A stretch of DNA of 64,000 nucleotides, taken from positions 10,171-74,170 of the forward strand of contig CALMYL010000030.1 of NCBI GenBank assembly GCA_937873695.1, written 5' to 3'. The notes beneath the pieces are model-generated. The model ran no database searches. It had not been told where the DNA came from and was given only the letters and a program-made list of their open reading frames with translations. The DNA comes from an uncultured Ignavibacteria bacterium. GTDB lineage: Bacteria > Bacteroidota > Ignavibacteria > Tepidaquicellales > OLB5. Both the position numbers and the translations under genes were made by a program. The first letter of the stretch is position 1. Every line of letters starts with the position of its first letter. Below, in pieces: positions 25,026-35,808 of the stretch.

Positions 25026-25715
25026 ATGGACTTAAGATCATACGCTGAAAATATATATATAATCCCGATACTTATCTTTTCTGTGGTAATTCACGAAATG
25101 GCGCATGCATGGGTAGCATTGCGGTGCGGCGATACCACAGCTAAAGATCTTGGCAGGATAACACTCAACCCTATCCCGCACATTGATCTTTTCGGTTCTA
25201 TTATCATACCGCTTTTTTCAATTATAGCAACAGGAAGGGTTTTTATAGCATGGGCAAAACCCGTGCCAATAGATCCCCGTAACTTCAGAAACTTCAAGAG
25301 GGATGATACTCTGGTAACTATTGCGGGCCCGGTTTCAAATCTGATTATTGCTTTATTATGCGCCTTTTTTACCATAGCTGTTTATTATTTAATGGCTTCA
25401 GTTAACCCGGCGGAAGGTTCTTTCGGGTTTGAGTTCCTGAATTACATGCTTAAGATGTTTTACGCCGGTATTATTCTGAATGTATCACTTGCAGTGTTTA
25501 ATATGATCCCTATTCCTCCGCTTGATGGTTCACACGTGCTTGCCAACATACTTCCTGATGAGCTGGCAATGCGTTACCGCAGCATCGGTTTCATGGGAAT
25601 ATTTATAATACTTGCGTTGTTTAACTTTGTACCGGGGTTTTCTCAGGTATTTATCGGGATAATCTCGTTTGTAGCAAAACCGTATCTAAACTTAGTTGAT
25701 ATGTTTATAAAATGA
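25026..25715 (+). CDS. Site-2 protease family (M50) membrane metalloprotease
   Basis: 229 aa with HEMAHAW, NMIPIPPLDGSH and multiple TM helices. Confidence 0.85.
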   Translation: MDLRSYAENIYIIPILIFSVVIHEMAHAWVALRCGDTTAKDLGRITLNPIPHIDLFGSIIIPLFSIIATGRVFIAWAKPVPIDPRNFRNFKRDDTLVTIAGPVSNLIIALLCAFFTIAVYYLMASVNPAEGSFGFEFLNYMLKMFYAGIILNVSLAVFNMIPIPPLDGSHVLANILPDELAMRYRSIGFMGIFIILALFNFVPGFSQVFIGIISFVAKPYLNLVDMFIK

Positions 25716-26077
25716 AAAATAACATAATAATAAACGAAAATTCAGATATTAACTTCCTCGAGGAATATTATCCTGAGCGTCCGCTTTCTCCGGAAGAAAC
25801 CGACGAGCTGAACCAGAGTGTTGATAAAAAGATCGCTTCCAGTAAAAAAAGTATCTTTAAGATATTAAGTCACCTGAAAGCGCTGAAAAGATATATGATG
25901 GACCGTGATGTAAAGTGGTACAGGAAATCTGTTGTTATAGCAGCGCTGGTTTATTTTATAACGCCTATCGACGCAATGCCCGATTTCGCTCCGCTGCTGG
26001 GTTACCTTGATGATATTGGCGTCATAGGGTGGACAATTAAATTCCTGGGTGATGAAATAAACTCATATTACAGCTAA
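25712..26077 (+). CDS. YkvA/DUF1232 family membrane protein
   Basis: 121 aa with ITPIDAMPDFAPLLGYLDDIGVI. Confidence 0.75.
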   Translation: MKNNIIINENSDINFLEEYYPERPLSPEETDELNQSVDKKIASSKKSIFKILSHLKALKRYMMDRDVKWYRKSVVIAALVYFITPIDAMPDFAPLLGYLDDIGVIGWTIKFLGDEINSYYS

Positions 26078-26106
26078 ACCGGGTTAGACCAAGCATCCTG
26101 CGAGTC

Positions 26107-27219
26107 TTATATCTTCTGGTCTTTCCAGATAACTTTTCTATCCATAGCTATAAGCGCTGAAGTTATGATGACATAAACAGCAAAGTAGATCTCATATAAT
26201 GGCATAAACAAATAAACCCTGTACATTTTGAATTCCTTAACAGCCGGAAATAAAAAAACTGAATCAAATAACAATTTAACAATAAAAAAGAACAGGTATG
26301 ACTGCATACTTAAGTATGCCCAGCCGGTAAGAATTACCGCGCCAGTCAACCACGAAAGCACACCTACAACTATGCCGAAATTGAACTCTCCCATCCCGCC
26401 CATAGCCCAGCGCTTTTTCTGCCTGAAAAGCTGCCTTAAATTGAGGCATGGCAGTGTAACATTTTTGGTTTCATTATCAACCGGGAATACTGTACGTTTA
26501 AAAGAGGAATCTTTGTTTATTTTCTGGAGCAATAAAAAATCCTCGGTTATAGAAAATCTCAGCTTTTCGTATCCGCCAACTTCATCATATGCAGCTCTGC
26601 GGTATGACATATTGTTCCCAACACAGCTTATTGGCACTCCAACACCATCACCCCCCGATGCCACAGAGAGGAGGTACAGCCAGTCAGCTGACTGCAGCCC
26701 GTAAAAAAACCCTGTTGGCATTATTACAGAGTATCCTGCGGCTACGCCTGTTTTTTCATCATAGTAATCCAGCATTCTGCGAAGCCAGTTCTTATTGATC
26801 TCAATATCAGCGTCTGTAGTAAATATAACTTCACCGGCGGCAATTTTCAGAGCCTGCGCGAGCGCGTTTGTTTTTCCTTTAAGCTTCTCATGAGATTCGG
26901 TTATTTCATAATATTTCAGTGATGGATGTTTACTGCAATAATCCAGCATTATTTCTTTTGTTCTGTCAACTGATCTGTCGTTAACAAGAATTGCCTCAAG
27001 TTTATCTTTGGGATAACTCAGTTCAAGCAGAGACTTAATGCAGGCTTCAATGCTAGACTCTTCATCCTTTGCGCAGATAATTACAGTTACTTTAGGCTCA
27101 AACGTTGATTTCCTTGCTTTTCGGGAATTGGCAATCAACCCAAGAAGCATAACAAAATGCATCAGAAGATAAATACCAAGTATTATATTTACAATTATGT
27201 CCATAAAAAAGTCCCGCAA
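26107..27219 (-). CDS. Family 2 glycosyltransferase with N- and C-terminal TM segments
   Basis: 370 aa with VTVIICAKDEE, TTDADIE and RQKKRWAMGG (QxxRW-like). Last gene of the porU-porV block. Confidence 0.8.
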   Translation of the reverse strand: MRDFFMDIIVNIILGIYLLMHFVMLLGLIANSRKARKSTFEPKVTVIICAKDEESSIEACIKSLLELSYPKDKLEAILVNDRSVDRTKEIMLDYCSKHPSLKYYEITESHEKLKGKTNALAQALKIAAGEVIFTTDADIEINKNWLRRMLDYYDEKTGVAAGYSVIMPTGFFYGLQSADWLYLLSVASGGDGVGVPISCVGNNMSYRRAAYDEVGGYEKLRFSITEDFLLLQKINKDSSFKRTVFPVDNETKNVTLPCLNLRQLFRQKKRWAMGGMGEFNFGIVVGVLSWLTGAVILTGWAYLSMQSYLFFFIVKLLFDSVFLFPAVKEFKMYRVYLFMPLYEIYFAVYVIITSALIAMDRKVIWKDQKI

Positions 27220-27265
27220 AGAAAGAATTACGGGACTAACATATAATTTAGATTTTATTCAATTT

Positions 27266-30200
27266 TTATTTTACTACTGCAATTTTAATTGAGGCAGTTT
27301 CGCTGCAGCCGCCGTTTAGCTCCAGAACAGCAATATAGATACCGCTTTGTACCGTTGATATATCCCACTGCACTTCGTTATCAAGACCTTTGTTGGTTGT
27401 GCCGGCAAGTGTTGTTACCAATTCACCGGATAGATCCATAATTTTTATACTTACGCCTGTAACATCACCATTCAGGAAATAACGGATATTTGTCGATTTA
27501 CCATAAGCCGGATTTGGCCAGTTATATACTTTATCAGATGGCAGACATGGCTGGGTTCCGGTTACAGATAAAATACTACCGGCTCCGTCATTGGTGTGAG
27601 CGGAATTCCTGAGGAAGTTCTTCCATAATACTCTCGTATCACTGTAAGCCCATGGAGTCTTATATCCGTACAAATATCCGTCTTCTGAATAGACCATTAT
27701 ACCGAAATTACCGCCCGTATTAACCACTGCCGGTGTAGATCTTATTCTGCCGCCGGTATTGATCGGGAAACCATCAAGTACTTTGCCATTAATGCTGTAT
27801 GCGTATACTCTGCCATCACCGGTGCCGAATATCACTTCGGCGATATTATCGCCGTTAAGATCGGCAACTGCAACACCGCTTGTGATTAATGATACATTAG
27901 GGATACTGAACGGGAAATTATCCAGCACAACGCCGAATTTATTTATGGCATAAATCTTATTATCAGCTGTCAAAATGATTTCCTGCTGCCCGTCACCGTT
28001 TATATCGCAAATGGTTGGAGTTGAGTTTACGGTTGTTATTCCAAGATTATTGGAAATTACAGTATCACCGCCGGTTGCAGCATTTCTTATTATCCTGTTA
28101 GTGCTTGTTACTTTTACAGGATTTGGATCTATATTTGTACCAAAAGTAATATTGCTTGAAGCGAAATACTTATTGCTGTCTGAAATAAAAGAAAATCCAT
28201 CCGGATATGATCCAAAAACGCTGCTGTAAGCAAGAGAGATCACTTTACTTGTTGCAACAAAATCAAACAAAAATGTAAGACTATCCAGACTGAATAATGC
28301 GATCCTTCCATTTTGTGTACCTATATAAATTCTATTTTCCGAATTTGGCTGAGATAAAGTTCCCTTTATCAAGTTTGGCGAAGTTAATCTTTCTCCGGCA
28401 TCAAAGCTTTGTACAAGCGGTGCGCCGGTAGCTGTATCAATAACAAAACTTATTAGATTAAGCCTGCTTCCGGATACACCTGTTACGAATTTATTGTTAC
28501 TGCCAATATTATAATTCAGGAAACCAACTGCAAATCCTGATGCGCTGTCTTTCAGGAAACCGTTCGGCATATCAACTCTTATAGAGTTTCCGTTATCACG
28601 GAAACCGAATAGCGTATCATTGATATTAACAAATATTTCATCAAAGCTGTTATCGTTATAGTCAAACCCTATGGGCTGAGCGTTTCCGGTTGTATCAATG
28701 CCAACATACCTCGGGAAGCCTGTGATGTTTGCAACGTTACCGCACACCTGGTAAGTAAATGTCATTGTTGGCCCTATCTGGCTGAATGCGGACAGGCACA
28801 CCCTGGAATTTATGTTTGAGTAACTCTTTGAATTCGGGAATGTCGTTTGGTTGAATTCATTGCGGTAAATGTCTGATGGTCTGTAATGCTCGCCGTTGTA
28901 CCAGAAATCAACGAAGAAACCATCGCTGATAATATCACCAATAGGAGTTGGCACAACTACACCAATATCCTGCGATCCCTTTGCTTCTTCAACATCTACG
29001 CCGCGGTGGTCGATATCAGTATTAATTGTATTGCTGCCAATTTTCGCTTCAATTACATTTTCATCAATATGCCATACAAGTATACCACCCTGGTAATTCG
29101 CTGTATCATTCTTTAATCCGGGCACACTCCAGTCAAGTTCATCAACATCAGTGATGCTTCCTTTGAGTTTCCAGATATCTGAGCTGTTGAAGCCATCTTC
29201 ATCTTTTGTGAAACGCATCGAATCTCTGACACCGTTTTGATTTACAAAATATATTGTCTGTCCGTTTCCGTAAGCATCCCGGTTCCTGTTTTCAACAAGG
29301 AAATACTCTTTACCGCTTATTAGAATTTTGTAAACCGATTCATTACCGTTAACATCAAGAGTTGCGGCTTTGGTTGTATATGTTCCGCCTGTGCCAACAA
29401 CAATTGGCTCTACCCATCCCAGATACTGTTTCTCCCATGCAGATGGTTCCGGAGGAAAAACTCCAAGATAGCTGAATATTGCCTGACCGTCCATTAAACC
29501 AAATCTGCCAATCGCGGTTCTGCCGGTTTCGGTATCAAACAGATCCGGCAAACCCAGGTGACTGCCTATTGTAGCAACAACAATACCGTTCATGCCAAGT
29601 TCAAGATAGACATCGCCAAAAGAAGTATTTACAATACGGTATTCCTGTTCGGGCAGTATACATGAATTGGAAATAATCGTACCTTCATTGGTATAATAGC
29701 CCTGTGTTGTATCGCCGTATATTGATCTCAGGGTACTGAGTCCCATATAAATAGAAGGCAGATCAAGCTCACCCACAAACAATCCCTGCGATGCAAGGTC
29801 AACATCTCTTCCAACTCCTGCATGAAAAATTATAAATGCGGAGTTGTTCGGGTTAATTCCCGAAAAATCTATAGTACTATCAGCAGAGCGCCATACATCA
29901 TAAAACAGGTTCCCCATTCTGCCCAGGTTTTCTGTCCTGCGCGGCGAATATACTTCCATTTCATTCGGGAGATTTCTGACGCTTGGCAGCAAAACATAAT
30001 TGATTATCAATCTGCCTTTTGAAGACTTGTAATAATAATTTTTCAGGAATTCAAGCTTATGAATGAAATACAAACTGTCATGCGGCGGCGCGTCTACTGA
30101 ATCCGGGTAATTGCTCGAGACATCAAACCTGCCGTCACCGGTTGTTTGTGAATTATTATCAGGCTTAAATTGAACCCGTATTGCATAGACATTAAGTGTT

Positions 30201-30430
30201 TCAGGCACGGCGGAGCGGAACATCATGCTGCTGTACACACTCTCCGTTCTGCTCTCAGGGTGATAATTCAAAGGGTGCGATAACTTAAACTGCTTACCTG
30301 CTGTTTTGCCGTTGAGCAGATTATTTGCCTGTGCAAATACAGGCTTCTGATGCACAAAAAAGCTAACGGATACCAACAGCATTACTGCTGTCAGTATCCG
30401 CACTTTTATTAGCGAACTTGATATGATCAT
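27266..30430 (-). CDS. T9SS cargo protein: M6 (immune inhibitor A)-like domain with a degenerate zinc site, FG-GAP-type repeats and a C-terminal sorting domain
   Basis: 1054 aa with a signal peptide; FHAGVGRD...ATIGSHLGLPDLFDTE...GLMDGQ; CDINGDGQQEII and ADLNGDNIAEVIFGTGDGRVYAY; C-terminus WPNPAYGKSTNIRYFL...IKIAVVK. Confidence 0.75.
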   Translation of the reverse strand: MIISSSLIKVRILTAVMLLVSVSFFVHQKPVFAQANNLLNGKTAGKQFKLSHPLNYHPESRTESVYSSMMFRSAVPETLNVYAIRVQFKPDNNSQTTGDGRFDVSSNYPDSVDAPPHDSLYFIHKLEFLKNYYYKSSKGRLIINYVLLPSVRNLPNEMEVYSPRRTENLGRMGNLFYDVWRSADSTIDFSGINPNNSAFIIFHAGVGRDVDLASQGLFVGELDLPSIYMGLSTLRSIYGDTTQGYYTNEGTIISNSCILPEQEYRIVNTSFGDVYLELGMNGIVVATIGSHLGLPDLFDTETGRTAIGRFGLMDGQAIFSYLGVFPPEPSAWEKQYLGWVEPIVVGTGGTYTTKAATLDVNGNESVYKILISGKEYFLVENRNRDAYGNGQTIYFVNQNGVRDSMRFTKDEDGFNSSDIWKLKGSITDVDELDWSVPGLKNDTANYQGGILVWHIDENVIEAKIGSNTINTDIDHRGVDVEEAKGSQDIGVVVPTPIGDIISDGFFVDFWYNGEHYRPSDIYRNEFNQTTFPNSKSYSNINSRVCLSAFSQIGPTMTFTYQVCGNVANITGFPRYVGIDTTGNAQPIGFDYNDNSFDEIFVNINDTLFGFRDNGNSIRVDMPNGFLKDSASGFAVGFLNYNIGSNNKFVTGVSGSRLNLISFVIDTATGAPLVQSFDAGERLTSPNLIKGTLSQPNSENRIYIGTQNGRIALFSLDSLTFLFDFVATSKVISLAYSSVFGSYPDGFSFISDSNKYFASSNITFGTNIDPNPVKVTSTNRIIRNAATGGDTVISNNLGITTVNSTPTICDINGDGQQEIILTADNKIYAINKFGVVLDNFPFSIPNVSLITSGVAVADLNGDNIAEVIFGTGDGRVYAYSINGKVLDGFPINTGGRIRSTPAVVNTGGNFGIMVYSEDGYLYGYKTPWAYSDTRVLWKNFLRNSAHTNDGAGSILSVTGTQPCLPSDKVYNWPNPAYGKSTNIRYFLNGDVTGVSIKIMDLSGELVTTLAGTTNKGLDNEVQWDISTVQSGIYIAVLELNGGCSETASIKIAVVK

Positions 30431-30434
30431 TTAA

Positions 30435-31577
30435 TTATTTCTGGGGTTGTTCTTCTGTTTTCTTTTCTTCAGGCTTCTTTACAGTAGTTTCGGGCTGACC
30501 GAAATTTACAGAAAGAGTGAATCTTAATGTATTTGCAAGCGGGTGATTCTCTTCAATTGTATTTATATAACTGAAATCAAAGCCATACATGCTGTATCTT
30601 ATGCTTGCGCCAAGTGTGATGAATTTTCTTTTTCCTCTGTCGGGATCTTCGTAGAAAAATCCGCCGCGTAAACCAATAAGTTTGGGGTTGCCATACCAGT
30701 ATTCTGCTCCAACAGATGACTGAATTGATTTCATTACATTATCAATACCGCCGCCAAATGAAGTGAATATGCCTTTATAAACCGGATCAGACTCGCCGCC
30801 TTCTCTTCTTTTTACAAGCAGCTTCGCAAAATCAGCAGTCAGGGTCAGATTGTTAAATTCGCTCTGATAAATATCATAAGCAAAACCCAGTCTTAAGTTT
30901 GTAGGAAGCGGATCAGCCTGATCGTTATCAACATATGTAACTTTGGGTCCGATATTGGATAAATTCACTCCAAGACCAAATTTGTTATTCAAAAATTTCA
31001 TTTTTGTCTTCGAGGGTCTCCACAGCATAGAAAGGTCAAAACTCAGATCATAAGCAGTACCTGTGCCCTGTTCACCTGCAACCGGGTCAACAGCAAGCTT
31101 ACTGTAAATGAATCTTGTAACAACACCAACACCCAGATCGCGGGTTACTTTTGTACCATAACCGACTGCAAGTGCACCATCAAAAGCCTGGTAGTTACCA
31201 ATTTCGTTACCAAACTCATCTGTCTGGATGATCTTACCGATGTTCAGATAAGTAATACTCACGCCCAGTGTGCCTTTAAGTTTTTTCATATAGTACTTGC
31301 CGGCAAGATAATCATAAAAAAGATCTGAGAGTCCAAGACCCGGGAGCCAAGGGGAATGTGTTATTGATACCTGCGAACCTTTCTGAAAACCCAGCCCTGC
31401 AGGGTTCCAGAACATTGCAGACGCATCGTTTATCATACCGGTACCGGTTTCACCCATGCCGGCATTCAGTGAATTAGGGCCAATTAACAGGAAAGGGACA
31501 GCAGATTCACCTTGCGCAAACACTCTGCCTGATAGCACAACAAAAACTGCCAGTACGCACATTTTGATTTTAAACAT
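30435..31577 (-). CDS. porV: T9SS outer-membrane beta-barrel protein PorV
   Basis: 380 aa with a signal peptide and AVPFLLIGPNSLNAGMGETGTGMINDASAMFWNPAGLGF. It lies immediately downstream of the PorU-like gene. Confidence 0.8.
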   Translation of the reverse strand: MFKIKMCVLAVFVVLSGRVFAQGESAVPFLLIGPNSLNAGMGETGTGMINDASAMFWNPAGLGFQKGSQVSITHSPWLPGLGLSDLFYDYLAGKYYMKKLKGTLGVSITYLNIGKIIQTDEFGNEIGNYQAFDGALAVGYGTKVTRDLGVGVVTRFIYSKLAVDPVAGEQGTGTAYDLSFDLSMLWRPSKTKMKFLNNKFGLGVNLSNIGPKVTYVDNDQADPLPTNLRLGFAYDIYQSEFNNLTLTADFAKLLVKRREGGESDPVYKGIFTSFGGGIDNVMKSIQSSVGAEYWYGNPKLIGLRGGFFYEDPDRGKRKFITLGASIRYSMYGFDFSYINTIEENHPLANTLRFTLSVNFGQPETTVKKPEEKKTEEQPQK

Positions 31578-31616
31578 TTAAAGAATCCTCCTGGATATAT
31601 ATTATTATTAACTATT

Positions 31617-34600
31617 CTATTTTAAAACTGCTAATTTACCTGTATTTGTAACAGATAAACCATCAACAGATTCCACCACGATCTTGTAAATATAAACACC
31701 ATTTCCCAATGTTTCACCGTCCTGATCTTTCCCATCCCAATCAATGACTACAAATTTATCCGAAATATTGGGTTTTTGTATCTCTTTTATCAATCTTCCG
31801 GCCACTGTATAAACTTTTATTTTCACATTTATATCTGCAGGATAGTTATGCTGGAACGTAAAAGCAGTATTATCCCTGAACGGATTTGGATAATTATAGA
31901 TATTTGTAACCTGTAAGGTTCCCGTTGAGGCAACATCGAACTCAATTGTGGCTTCACTGGAATTATTATATGTATCCCATGCCCTCAGTTTGAGCGAGTG
32001 TCTTCCAATAGATAAACCCGTGAAATCATATTCAAGTGTTCCTGATTTATAGGTAGTATCGCTGTTATAAAAATTGGTGAAATCATATTTATTGTTTTCG
32101 TTGCCGTCAAGTACGCCTTCAAGCTTATGACCAAGTGTGCCGGTTGTATTAATTCCTGATTCATCAAACAGGTCTGCTATGAATTTTGAATTTTCATTCA
32201 CCACGTCGCCGCTTCTGAAATTCCTTGTATCCATAAACATACTTATTCTTGGACCTACTGAATCTATTTCGGCATTAGGATTGATACCTCCCACTATAAA
32301 ACTCCGGTTAATACCCGCCCCATCATATTGGTTATTATAAAAATAATTTATGAGTCTCCCGGCCTGGTTTTGGTATGAAATATCTTTAGGTACAATAAAT
32401 TCGGCTGTCCATTTACCGTTTTGTACCGATTTGGTTCCGGCGTAAATTATTCCGCCATTCAACCTGAAGTTCTGAACCAATGGAGGGTCACAGTCTTCCT
32501 GAGTGGCTACATTACGGTCAACATCATATATCTTCAGAATGAGCCTTCCATTGTAATCTGTCCATAAGCTGGAATCTGCCCTCAGAACAGACCCGTAAAT
32601 TTTTATTCTGCTCAAAGCCTTCATTGTATCGCCTGCAAGCCCGCTGATACTATCTATGTGCGACCTGAACCTTGGCATCTGTACACGTATAGTGGGATCA
32701 CACATCAGTATATACTTTGCATCATTATCCTGATAAGAGATCTGGTTTTTGGTATTAAAAATAGCAGTACCAAATCTTTTTTGCAGCAAAAGCGTATCCC
32801 TGGGAACGTAAAGATTACTGAAAACAACATACATCAATGCAGCATTGCTTGAAGCGTAAACAGGCCTTGATGCCGCAAGAGTACCTATTGCGCCTTTACG
32901 GTTTGCCATCATAAACAGCTCACCGGCGCTTGTGTTTGAGGGATTATCAAACTTGCTCATATCACAGCTTGCAATTGAAACAAACGGGTACCTGTTGGTA
33001 TTATTAATTAAGCTTAAAATATTATCCTTTTCAAGAACATATTCATGCGCCCAAACATCCGGGCTGCCATGACCGGTATAATGTATGTTCAACACTCCAT
33101 CTGTCCAGTACTTGGCAATATCTGCATTAACCTGGGGTTTTCTTCTGCCCTGCGGAGTAATTACCGTAGGATAAGTAGCCAGGTAAGCTTTCACTTTATC
33201 AATAAACGGCGGTGTGTACTGCTCTGCAAGAGATTCGCACTGTGATAAGTGGAATATTCCTTCACATCCGGATGCAGTTGTCTTTTCATCATCCGCAACA
33301 AAAAGCATCTTATTTTTCCAATAACCGTTATTTTCTCCACTTTCATACGCGTCAATTTTATCTATGTATGCATTCACATCAACAAGTGAATTAGCAGGTA
33401 TTCTTCCTATCGCCAGATCGGGTCTATCGATCAGGTTAGGGCCATCTACAACATTCACATAAAAATCATCTGTGGTTAAACCAAGTACCTGGTGGATCAC
33501 CGGACTGGTCAGCTCCCATGCGGGTACATAATTTATGCCTGAACTGGACCGCAGACCCTTATAATCAAAACTGCCGTCTCCCATGAGGCAAACAAAAGAA
33601 GGCTTAGTGCTCCAGTTATCATACGCATACTTAACGAAATCTCTTATACCAACAGCGTCAAGTACCCCGCCTGAAAACTCGTTATATATCTGGTCAGTTG
33701 TGACGATCATTGTTTTAAGGTAATCCGGGTTTGATACGCCGCCCTGTTCTCTTTTGGTTTTCAGTCTTTCTGCCGCTGAAATAAAATCTTTATGCGTGAT
33801 TATAATAAAACTTGCCCCATCAGATATTCCATGCAGGTTCTGATTTGAGACTCTGGAAGAAATTGAAGTAGGAGTTTTATATCCGTTCTGTCCCACTACA
33901 AAAAACCTGCTTACATTTCCGCCTGTTTCACTCTTCCGGAATTTTACATTTGATGATAATGCTGTTATAGGCTGGATCATCTTAACATCGTTGTATGATG
34001 TAGCATCAAATACCCGGATATTATTATTTGAAAATGATGATACATTATATTCAACAATTGCAGCAGTATCCGGTGAGTTAAACCTGAGAAAATCACCTGA
34101 AACAGAATTAAACCTCCTCTGGTATAGAATTTCATACCAGTCAAGATATCCCTGGGCTTCACCGTTAGTAGCGTAGAAGGTAGAGCGAAGCTTAACCTGC
34201 TCTCCGTTGGTCTTTTGTGACTGGTTCACAACAAAAGTTCTTGTCTGAGTATCTATCCATTCGTTAAATCCTGCAACAACGCAATTAAGGCTGAAAAGGA
34301 ATTCAGACATGTTCGAATAATCATCTTTGACCTGGAAATAGCCTGAATTTGAACATAGTACTCTTTGTGCCAACTTAATCCTGTAAAAAATATCAGAACC
34401 GCCTTCAAGACCGGTGAGTGTTGTATTCCAGTCTATGGACTGCCCCGGGTTCCTTCCGAAACTAAGCCATAGATTACCTTCGTTAATAAGGTTATCCTCT
34501 TCAGGCTCGGTAAATATCTTTTCTGTGAAAGATGTCGGCACAACTGCCGGGTTCCCGCTTTCTGAGGGGGTTAAGACCATTCTTTTTCCGTTGTTGGGCG

Positions 34601-35783
34601 TGTTGAAACTTATCCAGTAATAATTTGCGCGTGAATAATAATTCAGCACGTGATTATAAGTGTTGTTAACAGAATCATATATCCATGGATTTATGGACTT
34701 TCCATAAAAAAGAATATAATCATCATTATTGAAAACACCATCATTTTCACCTTCTATATATATGGCGTTTTCCACAAGGTCTTCAGGCCGGGGCATTGCC
34801 ATTCTTTCAGGCAGAAGTTCACCGCCATTACCATATATCTTAATTGTTCTGGGGTCTATGCCTGATAAATTAATACCTGCTCCATCAAGAAAGCTTTTTG
34901 TAATCTTATAGATTCCTTCGCTGTTGCCATCACTGTTATCCTTAATTTCAAGCTTATACCAGTCTCCCGAAGCCAATACGCTGTTGGAAACAAGTCTGTC
35001 CTTAACGGAATTTCTCAATTTTGGGTTCATCCACGAAGCTGCATTGCTGAAGTTTATTCCGCTGTTTGATAGCAGCGCTATCTCTTCCCGGCTGCGCGGA
35101 CGGCTGAGAGAAACCGGTGATTCACCAAAAGTAACCCGAATGCGTATTCTGGAATAATATCTTACGTTTTTAGTAACCGGGTTATACTGAAAAGGATAGA
35201 TAACAACATTACCAGTAACTGCATCCCTTAGTGGCCCCACACCATCAAGGCTCACGAATTTTTCGGGGAGATATTTATTTTGAGTGTATTCTGCAGATTT
35301 GTTATAGGTATAAAAAACATTTTCGAATCCACGGATATTAGGATCAAAAAGCGATACTTGCGGAACGGGAGCTATGCTTACGTTTTGTTCTTCCTTCATA
35401 TCGTAATCAATCACCTGCACAGTATTGCTGCGTTCTGAGGGAAGGAACACAGAAAGGCTTCTGTATTTCAGATCGGGGCTTCCGCCAAAAGTGATTGGCT
35501 TATCAAGCCCATATTGGAACTCATATACAGAAAAATATTCACCGTTAGAAGTGAATTTCTGAGTATTAACATTTGCAGGGTAATATTCAAATTCAATATA
35601 CGATGAATTTGATGAAATGATCTTGTAATCCTGTGAGACCTCTCCAAAGAGATAGTCGCTCATTTCAGGAGATTTCATATCGTTATTAGAGGGGCCTTTG
35701 GTGAATGGGTCACCGCCCTGTGCAAATATGCTTACACCGGTAAGAATAATTAAAGCAATCAGGGAATTTTTGAATGATTTCAT
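31617..35783 (-). CDS. porU: T9SS C-terminal signal peptidase/sortase PorU (C25 gingipain-like)
   Basis: 1388 aa with C25-type His/Cys motifs (HYTGHGSPDVWAHE and VSIASCDMSKFD) and CTD NYPNPFRDNTAFTFQ...GKLAVLK. Adjacent to porV. Confidence 0.8.
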   Translation of the reverse strand: MKSFKNSLIALIILTGVSIFAQGGDPFTKGPSNNDMKSPEMSDYLFGEVSQDYKIISSNSSYIEFEYYPANVNTQKFTSNGEYFSVYEFQYGLDKPITFGGSPDLKYRSLSVFLPSERSNTVQVIDYDMKEEQNVSIAPVPQVSLFDPNIRGFENVFYTYNKSAEYTQNKYLPEKFVSLDGVGPLRDAVTGNVVIYPFQYNPVTKNVRYYSRIRIRVTFGESPVSLSRPRSREEIALLSNSGINFSNAASWMNPKLRNSVKDRLVSNSVLASGDWYKLEIKDNSDGNSEGIYKITKSFLDGAGINLSGIDPRTIKIYGNGGELLPERMAMPRPEDLVENAIYIEGENDGVFNNDDYILFYGKSINPWIYDSVNNTYNHVLNYYSRANYYWISFNTPNNGKRMVLTPSESGNPAVVPTSFTEKIFTEPEEDNLINEGNLWLSFGRNPGQSIDWNTTLTGLEGGSDIFYRIKLAQRVLCSNSGYFQVKDDYSNMSEFLFSLNCVVAGFNEWIDTQTRTFVVNQSQKTNGEQVKLRSTFYATNGEAQGYLDWYEILYQRRFNSVSGDFLRFNSPDTAAIVEYNVSSFSNNNIRVFDATSYNDVKMIQPITALSSNVKFRKSETGGNVSRFFVVGQNGYKTPTSISSRVSNQNLHGISDGASFIIITHKDFISAAERLKTKREQGGVSNPDYLKTMIVTTDQIYNEFSGGVLDAVGIRDFVKYAYDNWSTKPSFVCLMGDGSFDYKGLRSSSGINYVPAWELTSPVIHQVLGLTTDDFYVNVVDGPNLIDRPDLAIGRIPANSLVDVNAYIDKIDAYESGENNGYWKNKMLFVADDEKTTASGCEGIFHLSQCESLAEQYTPPFIDKVKAYLATYPTVITPQGRRKPQVNADIAKYWTDGVLNIHYTGHGSPDVWAHEYVLEKDNILSLINNTNRYPFVSIASCDMSKFDNPSNTSAGELFMMANRKGAIGTLAASRPVYASSNAALMYVVFSNLYVPRDTLLLQKRFGTAIFNTKNQISYQDNDAKYILMCDPTIRVQMPRFRSHIDSISGLAGDTMKALSRIKIYGSVLRADSSLWTDYNGRLILKIYDVDRNVATQEDCDPPLVQNFRLNGGIIYAGTKSVQNGKWTAEFIVPKDISYQNQAGRLINYFYNNQYDGAGINRSFIVGGINPNAEIDSVGPRISMFMDTRNFRSGDVVNENSKFIADLFDESGINTTGTLGHKLEGVLDGNENNKYDFTNFYNSDTTYKSGTLEYDFTGLSIGRHSLKLRAWDTYNNSSEATIEFDVASTGTLQVTNIYNYPNPFRDNTAFTFQHNYPADINVKIKVYTVAGRLIKEIQKPNISDKFVVIDWDGKDQDGETLGNGVYIYKIVVESVDGLSVTNTGKLAVLK

Positions 35784-35808
35784 TCTATTAAAATTTAGTT
35801 GTTTTAAA

